DNA of 64,000 nucleotides from Nitrospinales bacterium (GTDB lineage Bacteria; Nitrospinota; Nitrospinia; Nitrospinales; JAJDAT01): NCBI GenBank assembly GCA_038154245.1, contig JAYOZP010000008.1, positions 1,831 to 65,830 of the forward strand, read 5' to 3'. Shown piece by piece: positions 52,421 to 64,000 of this stretch (position 1 is its first letter; each line of letters starts with the position of its first letter). The notes under the pieces were generated by a model. It saw only the letters and a program-made list of their open reading frames with translations, ran no database searches and was not told where the DNA came from. The position numbers and the translations under genes were made by a program.

Positions 52421-55400
52421 TGCAGCGCCAACCAAACAATTTATCCGTAAGCCGTGTTTTGAAAAACCGTTTTAGTAAAGTATTAGCGGTCTTTCTAATT
52501 TACATAATCGGCGGGTTTCCGACTTTAGTCTTTGCATTGCCGCAAGAAGGTCAAATTGTTTCGGGACAAGGAACCATTGGTCAACCGAATCCAAACCAAA
52601 TGGTTATCAACCAAAACTCCAACCAGTTGATAACCAATTGGAATAGTTTCAGCATAGGACAATCCGAGCACGTTCAATTTAATCAACCATCCGTAGATTC
52701 AACGGCCCTCAATCGAGTTACCGGGCAAGACCCCAGCGCCATTATGGGTCGACTGTCCGCAAACGGTCAGGTCTTTTTATCCAATTCATCGGGAATTATT
52801 TTTGGACAAAGCTCTCGGGTAAATGTTGGCGGTTTGATGGCAACCACGCTAGGAATCTCTAACGAAGATTTCCTAAATCGGAATTACCACTTTACGCAAG
52901 ATAAATCCAAACCTCTTGCGAGCATTCTAAATCAAGGAACCATCACCGCAGGTCAAGTAGGATTACTCGCCCCCAGAGTGGAAAACCAGGGAACGATCGT
53001 CGCCAATTTAGGTAACGCCGCTCTATCGTCGGGCGAAGCCGCCATCATGGATTTTGACGGCAGCGGCTTGATCAATTTCCAAATCACCGAACCGGTAACA
53101 GGCGAAGTCAAAGACGCCAACGGCAACGTGGTTGAAAGCGGCGTGGTCAATTCCGGTTTTGTTAAAGCTCATAGCGGCAACGTAATCCTATCGGCGCATC
53201 AAGCCCGCGGCATGGTAAGAAGCGTCGTTAATAACACCGGAATCATCGAAGCCAAAAATGTCGTTAAAAAAGGCGGTCGTGTCTTCCTGATGGGCGATCG
53301 CGTAAAAAATTCCGGAACCATAAACGTTACAGGAACCGAAGCCGGACAAACCGGCGGTACCGTTCATATTTTAGGGAACGAAGTTAATGTCTCTGGCGGA
53401 ACTATCGACGCATCCGGCGACGCAGGCGGCGGCACAGTCTTAATCGGCGGCGACCGGCAGGGCCGGAACGAGAGTATTCAGAATGCGACGAACACCACCG
53501 TTGGCGAATCGGCAACCATAAAAGCCGACGCAATCAATAAAGGCGATGGCGGTAAAGTAATAATCTGGTCGGAAAACTCAACCAAAGTTTACGGGGCAAT
53601 CTCCGCAAAAGGCGGCGCCAACGGCGGAGACGGCGGGTTTGTTGAAACATCCGGTAAAAAATTTTTAGACGTCACGAAAGCGGCGAACGTATCCGCTCCA
53701 AGCGGCAAAGCCGGTACCTGGTTACTCGACCCAACGAATATAGAAATCGTCAGCGGTCCCGGCAACGGCGACGGATCGCAAATTTCCGTAACCACCATCG
53801 AGACAGCGCTCAATGCGGGAACTAGCGTTCATATAGTTACCAGCGGTCAAGGATTGGAAGAAGGAAACATCACCATATCCACGGCAATCTTGAAATCATC
53901 TGGCGGCGACACATCATTAACGCTCACCGCGCATGGCGATATCATCGTCAATCAAACGATCACATCGACAAACGGAACGTTAGACGTCAACTTAATTGCG
54001 GGAGCGGACATTTTAATCAACGCCGCTATCGCCACCAACGGCGGTAATATATTTGCCGACGCCGGAGCGACCAATTTACCTGCAAATATATCAGGATCGT
54101 ATACGCCAGCGGCGCGTATCTGCGGAGCGACGGTTGCTTTGCCGGAAATTCAGATCAACGCCGACATCAACACAAATGGCGGCAACGTTAACCTTGGACA
54201 ATTTAAAACCAAATCGCATTCCTTAATAGGCGGCGGTACTTACACGAAAGAAAAACACGCTACCGCTGACGTAACGGTTCAAAACGCATCTATCAATACC
54301 AATGGCGGCAACTTCACGATTAATGGCAGCGCCGCGACGGTTGCCTCCACGGCAACGATTACTACTCCTGGCGGCGACATCGTCATTGAAGGCAGCGACG
54401 AATCGATCGTTAGCGTATCAGGTATCCTAAACGCGGCAAACATAGCCGCCAACCAATCCGGCGGATCGATTCAGGTGTTGGGCCATAAGGTGGGAATTTT
54501 TGGCAACGCGCAGCTCGACGCATCCGGCGACGCAGGCGGCGGCATCATTTTGATCGGCGGCGATTACCAAGGCAAAAACGAAGATATTCAAAACGCTTAT
54601 AGAACTTATGTCTCATCCGATGCAGTTATCAAAGCCGACGCCATTAATACGGGTAACGGCGGCAAGGTCATCGTCTGGGCCGACGACACCACGCGTTTCT
54701 ATGGAAACATCTCTGCCACTGGAGGATCTCAATCTGGAGACGGCGGATTCGCGGAAGTTTCTGGTTTAGAATTCTTGGACTTTAACGGTTTTGCCAATTT
54801 AACTGCAGTGGCGGGATCAAACGGAATGTTGCTTCTAGATCCTAGAAACATAACCGTTGTAAACGGCGGTTCGGAACCTGACCTAGTCGGAGCCACCGGC
54901 GACGATGGCAACGCCAATGTTTATGCTTTTGCGGAGGACGCCAGCCTGGACGTCACCATTGACGCCAGCGTCATCAATGCATTGATGTCGGCGGGAACGA
55001 CCGTTACGTTGCAAGCGCATAACGACATCACCATTAACGAAGCCATTAACGGAACAGGCGGAATCGGCGGACTTTTTCTGCAAGCCGGCGACGACGTTCA
55101 CCTTAACGCCAACATAACCACTGGTAATGGAGTTATTAATATCACCGCAAACGATGCAGGGGCGACTTCCACAGGTTCCGGAACCGACGAAGGAACCGGC
55201 GACATTACTGTAGGATCAGCTACCATTGTTCTCGATGCGGGAACTGCGGTTATTACATTGAGCGCCGAAGGAAATATCAGTCTTCCTCAATTAACCACAA
55301 CAAGCACCCTTGACGCCGCCATTAATGTTACTTCAACTGCGGGCAACATCACGGACGGTTCCAGCGCGGTTGAGTTAAACGCCTCTGGTGGCGGGGCGGT

Positions 55401-58400
55401 ATTGAGCGCCGCAACGGGAATAGGGACCGCTGGAGGTGGAGGCGAGATCGATACGAACCTGGCAAAAATCAACCTCACCAACACGACATCTGGCATCATT
55501 AATGTATCGGAGAATACTGCTGGGGGTTCACTTGAAGTCACGGGTATCACCACTGGAGGAACGACCAGCACTACCTCTCTCGTGGTTCAGAATACCTCAG
55601 GCGACTTGACGATATCTGGAAACCTAAACACTGTTGGGACCACGGCATTAGAGGCCGCTCGTGATATTATTTTAAACGCTTCCAATAATATCACGTTGGC
55701 AACCAATGGCAGCCTGGTGATGCAAGCGGGAGACGATATTACCCTTAACTCCAATATCACAGCAAGTGGAACAGGGACCCTGCATTTAGAGGCCGATTCG
55801 GCGCATACCTTTGCCGGAGTCGCCAATGGAGCCGGAGGTCTCACTCTACAAACCATATCCACCGGCGGAGGAGCAATAACATTAATCGGAGCGGCTTTAG
55901 TCTCTGTTACGGGGGTTAATTCAGGCAGCGGTAACATAAATCTCAGTAGTTCAATAGATGGAACAGCCCAAGCTTTTTCAGCCGCCGTTACCGCTATATA
56001 TAATACCTTTTCCACCACAGGAACCTTTACACATGGGCTAGCCACTACGGCCGGTTCGGACGGATTTGGCACAGGCGCAGTAACCTTAAATAACGGAGTG
56101 GTTACTGTAGATGGATTTTCCAATACCTCCGTTAGCAATTTCACGTTTGCCTCAACCAGTACCGTCACTTTTCAAAATACCGCATCTACCTTTAGCGGCA
56201 ATTTGGCGGTAAATGCCACCGGCGCTATCGCAGTAAACGCCAATGCAATCTCTAACGGAAGCGTAAGTTTGACTTCTAGCTCAACTGTATCTGTGGCAAG
56301 CTCTGTTCAAGTTAGGGCGGAAGATAACGGGGGCTCGGGGGCTTTAACAATCTCTGCTACGGCCGTAACCTTGAACGGTGGAGGAAGCGGCACTGAGAAT
56401 CTTGAAAACGTCGGCTCCGGTAATGTTTCAGTCACCGCAACTTCGGGAGATATCACATTAGGGAACGGCGCAACAGCATTCGCGATTCGATCCAACGCTG
56501 GAGACGTGACGCTCAACGCAAGCGGAAATATTGTCACGGTCACTTCTGCCGATTTCGAAATTTTCTCTGATGGAAACGTGACTTTTACGGGAAATAATAT
56601 CGGATTGACAAACGCTATCGAAATCGCGGGTACGGGCAACGGCAATAGAACTCTAACCATGACGGTAAACGGTTCAGGCTCCACAGCTAACGTCACTCTA
56701 TACGATCCCGGCGGCGGACAAGACGATCTTTTCAACGCAATTAATGTTACGGTAGCGCAAGCAAATAGCGCGGTTAATTTGGACTTGGTTGGCGCAGAAT
56801 CGGTAACAGGAGCCAGTGGCGCCAACCACGATTTGAATGCCACGCTCAACACCAACAATATAAGCCTGACATATACATTATCGCAAGCGTCGCAAATTCT
56901 TCGCATTGGAACGATCAACGCCGGAACCGGAAACGTAACCTTATCTTCCGCTGGGCAAATTTTGGATACGGCTGGCAACGATACAACGACCGATATCACA
57001 GCCAACACCTTAACTTTAACCAGTTCCGGCTCTATTGGAGTCGACATAAACGATGGGTTAAACGTTAATGCAACCAATCTGGCGATCGCTTCCACTGGGG
57101 GCAGCGGCAGCGCTTTTCTCACAGAAGTGGACTCCCTTAACTTAAATTCCATCACCGTTGGAACCGGCGCCCTTCAAATTTCCGCAACGACACTCGTCGT
57201 CACTACAGCCATCACCACGACTGGATCGGGCAACATCACCCTGGACGCCGCAGACAGGATCGACGTAAACGCCAACATCACTGCGGGCGGAGCCCTTGTC
57301 CTAGACGGAGACTCGAATAATGCAGCTAATGTCAACGACGATATCCTGATCGCTAACGGCGTAACCTTAACAGCTAACGGCGGAGGCATCACTCTCGACG
57401 CAGCATCGGCCGCATCCGATAATATATTAGCCGAGGGCGCATTGACCTTAAACGCCACTAACGGTATTACGATCAATCACGATTTGATCGGAACGACTTC
57501 CGGCGGGGCGATAAACATAAACGCCGATACCGACGGCAACGGCGGTCTGTTCTCTCTCGCTGCCAGTCAAACCATAAACGCTCAGAACAACGCACTGTCT
57601 ATTACATCAGACACCATAACGCTGACCGGAACACTACAGGGTACTGGCGCTTTGACCTTACAACAAAGCGCAACCGGAACGTCCATTGGACTTGGCGGAG
57701 GATCTGGAACCTTTAATTTAGACGACACCGAAATTGGCAACTTAACCAACGGTTTTAGTTCCATCACCATCGGCGCAAGTGGCAGTACCGGCGCGTTGGA
57801 CCAAGACGCGGTAACCTACAATGATCCTATTACCATCCGCGGCGGCAACATGACCATTGACGGTATTACAATGGGAACCAACACCGATAGCGTCACCATA
57901 ATTTCAACCGGAACCATCACGGATTCGGGCGCCGACAACTCGGCTATCGATATAGCTGCGGCAAACGCCACGGTAACGCTAACAAGTTCCGGCGTTATTG
58001 GGACCAGCGCAGCCGACTCTTTAAATATTAACTCGTTAATTTTAGTCGTAACCTCTACCAACAATAATAATATATTCATCACGGAATCGGGCGGCTCAGG
58101 AATTGGAACCATGAACGCCGGAGCGGGCAATATTACAATTTCCACCGACGGTAGTTTCATAAGCAACAGTTCGGCTATAACCGCCGCTAACCTGGATATT
58201 TCCACATCTGGTTCAGGAGCGGCCCTTGGCGCCTCGGGTACGGCGCTCAATACAACGCTTTCCGGAACGTTGACCGCAACAGCATCGACGGGAACTGGCG
58301 GCGGAATTTTTATTAACAATACGGGTAGTCTGGCCCTTGGCGTTATCAATGCGGGATCAACTTCCGGCGATACGGTGGAACTGATAGCGACCGCTGGTAT

Positions 58401-61400
58401 GACCAATTCCAGTTCCTTAATCACCGGGGAAAACATAAGCCTGACGGTTTCGGATACGAACGCAGCCATAGGCGCAACTGGAACGGCCAACGATATCAAC
58501 ATAACCCTTGCAGGCACCTTAACCGCAACCGCTTCCGATGGAAACGGCGGTATTTTTGTCGCCTCAACCGGAAATATGTTGGTTGGCGCTATCAACGCCT
58601 CCACTACCGGTAATATAGAATTAAGAGCGGAAGGAGGAACCTTTAACAATACTTCCGCTTTAGCGATTACGGGCGCCGCTGTAACCATTGAAGCCACCAC
58701 TAATGTTTCAATAAATGAAGGCATCACTTCCAATGGAACCCTGACTATTAACGCCGATTCCGATAACAATGCGTCTGGCGACTTTACGTTGGCTTTGGCG
58801 ACAGCGCTCAATTCCAGCGGCAACACCATGAGCATCACGGGAAATACGTTCACGCTTTCGGCCGGAACGTCCACGCTGAATTCCGGAGCCGGTAATTTAT
58901 TCTTATTACCATCGACTGGAGTCACGGTAAGCATCGGAACTACCAGCGGAACGTTTGATGTTGACGACACCGAAATCGGCGCAATAACCACCAGCGGAAC
59001 TTTGACCATTGGCGACGCTTCTTTAGCCAGCGCTATTACATTAGATACAGCCGGTTTCGGTTCCACTAACCTGGTAATACAAACCAATAGCACGATCAGC
59101 GACGCTAACGACACCGGCGCCAACCTGACAACTAGCGGAACATTAACCCTAACCTCCAACGGAGTCATCGGAGCAACCACGACACAGGGCATAAATATTG
59201 ACGTCGCCTCGGTCACCGTAACCTCGTCCGGAGGCAACAACGTAATTCTTAATGACAATGGAACAACGGCTACAACTTTAACGGTGACAACAGGCGGCGC
59301 TGGAAATTTAGAATTTGTTAAAAGTGGAGCGGGTAATATTATTATAGGCGGGGTGACCACCACAAGCAACATCACCAATATAGAAGCGTCCAACGGAACC
59401 ATCACTCAAACGGGAGCGTTGACAGTTACAGGTACCGCCAGCTTTGACACCAGTTCAGCCAGCAACATCATCACCTTAACCAACGCTTCAAACGCCGTTC
59501 AAGGAGCAATCTCTTTCACCACCATTGGATCGGGGTCTAACGTCACTTTTGATAACAACATAACCGGCGTGATCATGGGTACCTCCGATGTCGTGGGTAA
59601 TTTGTTCATCACCACAGGCGGAACCATTACCGATACCGGAACCACTACCGTTTCTGGTACCGCGAGTTTCACTACGGACGTGGCCAATCAAGCGATCACT
59701 CTGGATTCCGCTAACGCCATAACAGGAGCCATCACCTTTACCAGCGCGGCTGGAAGCACAACTTCCAACGTTACTATCGATAACGGAACAACGAACTTAA
59801 TTTTGGCTGGAACCACAATTCGAGGAACTCTGACTGCAACATCAGGCGGGACGATAACTCAATCCGGAGCTTTGACGGTCGACAGTACCTCTTCATTCAC
59901 GACAGACGTGGCGGCTCAGTCCATCACTTTAGATAATACTTCCAACGTTTTTACAGGAGCGGTTAGCTTATCAACCACCGGAGCCGCCGACGCCACCATT
60001 GATAATGGAACGACAGCGTTAATTTTAGGAACCGTTGGAATTGGTCAAAATTTATCAGTGACGGCAGGCAATACTATCACCGATTCGGGAGTGATTACGG
60101 TTGGAGGCACCGCAAGTTTCACGACAGACGTTAACGACCAAGCAATAACCTTGGATAGTTCAAACGCAATCACGGGAGCGGTCAGCTTCACCACTCAAAC
60201 AGCGGGAGGCAACACTGCAAACGTGACTTTGGATAACGGATCGACGGCCATTAATCTGGGAACTTTAAGTATTGCCGGCTCGTTTTCGGGAACAACCACT
60301 TCATCTATAAGCACAAGCGGCACAACAACAACGGCAACAGGCTTGACCTTAAACGCCAATACGGGAATTAACTTTAGCAATGATATTACCAGCGGCGGCT
60401 CAACATTTATAGATGCGGACGCAGATGGCGTTGGCAATGACGGAGATTTTACCATAAGCGCTGCCGCAGCTTTCTCTTCGGGCGGCAACACGATTTCGAT
60501 TACCTCCAACGATATCATTATAACCACTTCGGCAGGCACAGCAATTGATAGCGGCGGCGCCGCTACAACGCTCTTGGTATCCGATGGGGGTACTATTGGG
60601 TTGGGCGGAACCGCTCTCAACTGGACTCTGGACGGCTCGGAATTGGAACAAATTTCGGCTACGGGTTTAACAATTGGCGATAACACGAATGGCAATATCA
60701 CGGTAAACGGCATTACCGCCGCCAACAGCAACAACATAACCGGAACGGTGACCTTAAACGCCACTGCGGCGGGCGGAACTATCACTTTTGATACTACTGC
60801 GTCAACGTTTAACGCACTGGCGACAAACGCAGAAACCGGAATCAACGTCACCATTGGACTTGCAACCGATACGGGCACTTTAACCCTCGACGCCGATTCG
60901 GATAACGACGGCGGAGGAACTCTGACAATTACGGATGCGGTAACCACCACAAATTCTGCTATTAATTTTATTGGGGCGGGATTTGCGATTGATACCGGTT
61001 CTTCCAATTCCGGCAACGCTAACACTACTGTAGAAGCTTCGACGGCAGTATCGATTGGGGTTGGAGCCGGAGCGGGTACCTTCTCCGTAAACGATACCAA
61101 AATCGATAATATGGCAACCACCGGAACGCTGGTCATCGGCAATTCTGGATTATCCAGCGCAATCACTTTCGACAATGTAACGGCGGGAAGCAAAAACATT
61201 TCTCTATTAACTAGCAGTACGATTGACGACGCGGACGCAGACGCAACTAATCTCACAACGACTGGAACTTTATCTCTTACTTCCGGCGCGGCGATCGGCG
61301 GAACTAATCTATTAAACATTGATGTCGCATCGGTTACTGTAACTAGTTCTGGCGGCAACAACGTTACCATAACGGATCAAGGAACCAGCGACACGACTTT

Positions 61401-64000
61401 CAATATCACAACAGGCGGCGCGGGAAATATTTCGGTGACCCAAGACGCTAACAACTTAATTTTCTCCGGCGTTTCTACTTCCGGCAATTTAACCGCTATC
61501 GCAACAACCGGAACCATTACCGATACTGGAACCGTCACTGTTGGCGGAACGGGAACATTCACAACGAGCGCAAACAATCAAGCGATCACTTTAGATACCT
61601 TGGCGGTTACCGGAAACATGTTCTTCACCACATCGGGAACAACAGGTAACGTCACGATTGATAATGGAACAACCGCGATTATTTTTGGCGCATCCACCAT
61701 CAACGGTAGCCTTTCCGCCACCACAGGTGGAACGATGAGTCAAGCGGGGGCGTTAACAGTTTCCGGAACCAGTTCTTTCACCACTGACGTAAACGATCAA
61801 GCGATTACATTAAACAACACATCAAACGCTCTCACCGGCGCGGTTACCTTTACAACTCAAACGGCTGGAGGCGATACTGGCAACGTCACGATTGACAATG
61901 GCACGACGAACCTGGTTTTAGCGGCTTCAACCATTGCCGGTTCTTTGACCGCAACAACTGGCGGCACGATTACGCAAAGCGGAGCGTTGACGGTCGATTC
62001 TACTTCCTCTTTCACCACCGACGTGGCCAATCAATCGATCACCTTGAACAACACGTCCAACGATTTCGCTGGAGCGGTGAGTTTATCGACAACCGGATCA
62101 GGCGACGCAACACTCGATAATGGAACGACGGCATTAATTTTGGGCACGGTAGGTATTGGTCAAAACTTAGTCGTCACCGCTGGCAACACCATCACCGACA
62201 CAGGCGTTATTACGGTAGGCGGAACCGCCAGCTTCACGACAGACGTAGCAAGTAACAATATCACGCTGGATTCTTCAAACGCCATTACCGGAGCGGTCAG
62301 TTTTACAACTTCGGGAACCGGAACCGCTTCTTTTAACAACGGCTCGACCGCCATCAGTTTAGGAACCATCAACGTAGGCGGCCTTTTCACTGGCACGACG
62401 ACATCGTCCATCGCAACATCAATTGCTTTCTCAACCAGCGGCGGCATGACTTTAAACGCCAATACAGGAATCACGTTGAGTCATAACGTAACCACTGGCG
62501 GCGCGGTCACTATCGATACCGACGTCGATAACAACGGAGTAGGCGATTTTACTATCAGTTCTTCAGCGGTTCTATCTTCTACCGGTAATACCATATCTAT
62601 TACGGCAAACGATATTGATTTAAGCACTTCGGCAAGCCCAGCAATTAATAGCGGCGCGGCAGCTACAACGTTATTAGTATCCGATGGCGGGACGATGGGA
62701 ATAGGGGATACTGCGGGAGCCTGGACTTTAAGCGGAGCCGAATTGCAAAAAATTACGGCAACCGGTCTCACCATTGGCGACGCCACCAACGGTAATGTTT
62801 TTGTCGATAACATCACGGCCGCTAATAGCAACAATGTTTCCGGCACCGTCACCATAAACGCCACCCAAGCAGGTAGCACGGTTACCTTTGTGAATAACGC
62901 GAACACGTCGACTTTTAACGCGCTTACCGTAAGCGCTTCTGGAATCGTTCAAGTCGACCAGGACTTGACGACGGATACGGGAGCGTTGTCGCTGACTTCC
63001 GCATTGAATAACGTAACGATTGCTAACACTGTGGTTTCGGCGGGAGACTTAACTTTTGATAACTCAGCCGCCGGGGTTCAGGATGTCTTTATTGGCGCGG
63101 CAGTTACTGCGGCTGGAAATGTCGTGATCAACGCCGCCGACTCGGTTCAATTTACCGTTGCCGCGTCAGACTTGACGGCGAGCGGTTCTGGCAGTATCAC
63201 CATCTCTTCAAACCAAGACACCTCGACCAACGACAATGGCGGAACGATAACAATGGTCTCTGGTTCCTCCATCGACGCGGGTAGCGGAACTATCAGTTTA
63301 ACGGGAACCGGGGCAAACGCGACGACCGCCATGTCGCTACGCGCGATCACCACAACCAATACCAGCAGTTCGGCAATAACCATAAACAGTCGCGATGGGT
63401 TGATCTTAAGCGACAACGTCACCGCTTCTGGAGGCGTGTCCATCAACGCCGATAACAATGCCGACGGCACAGGCGACTTTACGATGCAGCTCAGCCAAAC
63501 GCTCAACACCAACGGCGGCGCATTATCTATCACGGCAAACGACTTTGTCCTTTCCGGTAGTTTGAATTCGGGTTCCGGCGCCACCACATTTCTAATATCA
63601 GATAACGGAACTATTGGAATTGACGGAGCAACCGTAGGCACGGCAGTGGATAGCGGGATTTGCGGCGGTACCTGCGCTATGACCATTAATGGCGACGAAC
63701 TGAGCCGGATCACGGCCACCGGACTCAACATCGGCGACAACAACGACGGCAACGCATTTATAAGCACCATCACCGCTACCAACAGCAATAACATCTCGGG
63801 TACTTTGACAGTAAACACTGGCGGTTCCGCTACGTTCTCCACCGGCGAATCAATATTTAACGCGCTCTCAGTAAATGCCGTAAACGGCATAACGGTGAGT
63901 GTCGATATAGCAACCGACACTGGCGCTATGACGTTAAACGCCGACAGCGACAACAACGGTACCGGCGCTTTTTCCATGGGAACGGATATCGACCTGGAAA
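52421..64000 (+). CDS. Giant TpsA-like (filamentous-haemagglutinin-type) exoprotein, more than 3840 aa, 3-prime end beyond window; signal peptide interrupted by a 1-nt frameshift
   Basis: This ORF is not in the ORF track. The frame starting at each 60-nt line start is open from 52480 to 64000; I read every codon and found no stop. It encodes ...GGFPTLVFALPQEGQIV..NQLITNWNSFSIGQSEHVQFNQPS..ALNRV (TPS domain), followed by G/T/N/A/S-rich beta-helix-like repeats. A TTG at 52421, preceded by GAGGA, opens a 28-codon frame (LQRQPNNLSVSRVLKNRFSKVLAVFLIT*). That frame supplies the missing n-region and first half of the signal peptide, but it is offset by one base. Confidence 0.85.
59197..62990 (+). 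repeat. Internal tandem super-repeat of the giant gene (offset 2121 nt = 707 codons), itself built from roughly 73-aa units
   Basis: IDVASVTVTSSGGNNV occurs at 59197 and at 61318. The two copies stay colinear at protein level for about 560 aa but differ at many synonymous sites. Confidence 0.8.

Noticed and set aside
52474-52507. Programmed -1 ribosomal frameshift to join the two signal-peptide halves of the giant gene
   Set aside because: There is no X XXY YYZ slippery heptamer at the junction (gtc ttt cta att aca taa), and I saw no obvious downstream stimulatory structure. An indel is the simpler explanation.
52953-63977. About twenty minus-strand ORFs (up to 529 aa, Val/Pro/Ala/Leu-rich), the only track entries in this region
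   Set aside because: They are antisense shadows of the plus-strand giant gene. That gene's Gly/Thr/Asn/Ala codon bias leaves the opposite strand nearly stop-free. They have no recognisable domains, whereas the plus-strand frame is continuously open and homologous to the two TpsA-like paralogs.

Overview
This is a 64-kb window from a low-GC (about 40%) diderm bacterium, judged from its lipoproteins, an LpxR-type outer-membrane enzyme and TPS-type exoproteins. The core blocks are: rpsB(partial)-tsf-pyrH-frr-uppS-cdsA-dxr-ispF; a minus-strand SRP RNA-dnaX-ybaB-recR unit; etfA; rsmG; two parS sites with parA-parB-bactofilin-rsmI; argH; ppa; tRNA-Leu(CAG); and trxA. The unusual content falls into eight groups. 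(1) Two loci pair a secreted FecR-domain protein with TpsA-like (haemagglutination-activity domain) exoproteins. One is a minus-strand operon at 35083-41881 with two paralogs. The other is a plus-strand locus at 49844-64000 whose last gene is a giant ORF. I read that ORF codon by codon as open from 52480 to the window end (3840 codons). It is absent from the ORF track, presumably because it has no stop codon in the window. No TpsB/Omp85 partner is present in the window. (2) Two short conserved DNA motifs tie these loci together: a 22-nt near-palindrome and a 16-mer beginning TGTGA. They also link to a divergent KAS-ACP-2x CrtI-like flavoenzyme-FabG lipid cluster and to an orphan flagellar-rod-like gene. 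A CRP-like regulator is encoded next to the second locus. (3) Downstream of parAB lies a bactofilin / ParA-like ATPase / second bactofilin / L,D-transpeptidase cluster. The second bactofilin and the transpeptidase share a roughly 60-aa N-terminal module. (4) A TIR-NB-ARC-TPR STAND protein has a TPR array that contains a perfect 126-bp duplication and a frameshift. (5) There is an envelope-modification cluster: LpxR, two SGNH-type proteins and a secreted agmatine-deiminase-family enzyme. (6) A DUF484-GGDEF fusion has a degenerate A-site but an intact RxxD I-site. (7) A small LptM-like lipoprotein ORF sits below the ORF-track size cutoff. (8) There are REP-like repeats and an orphan HicB. Three of the largest repetitive accessory genes are each interrupted by a single lesion (a nonsense codon, a 1-nt frameshift, and a frameshift inside a repeat). 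This could be assembly error, pseudogenisation or phase variation. All functional calls rest on motif-level reading of the translations. No database search was run.
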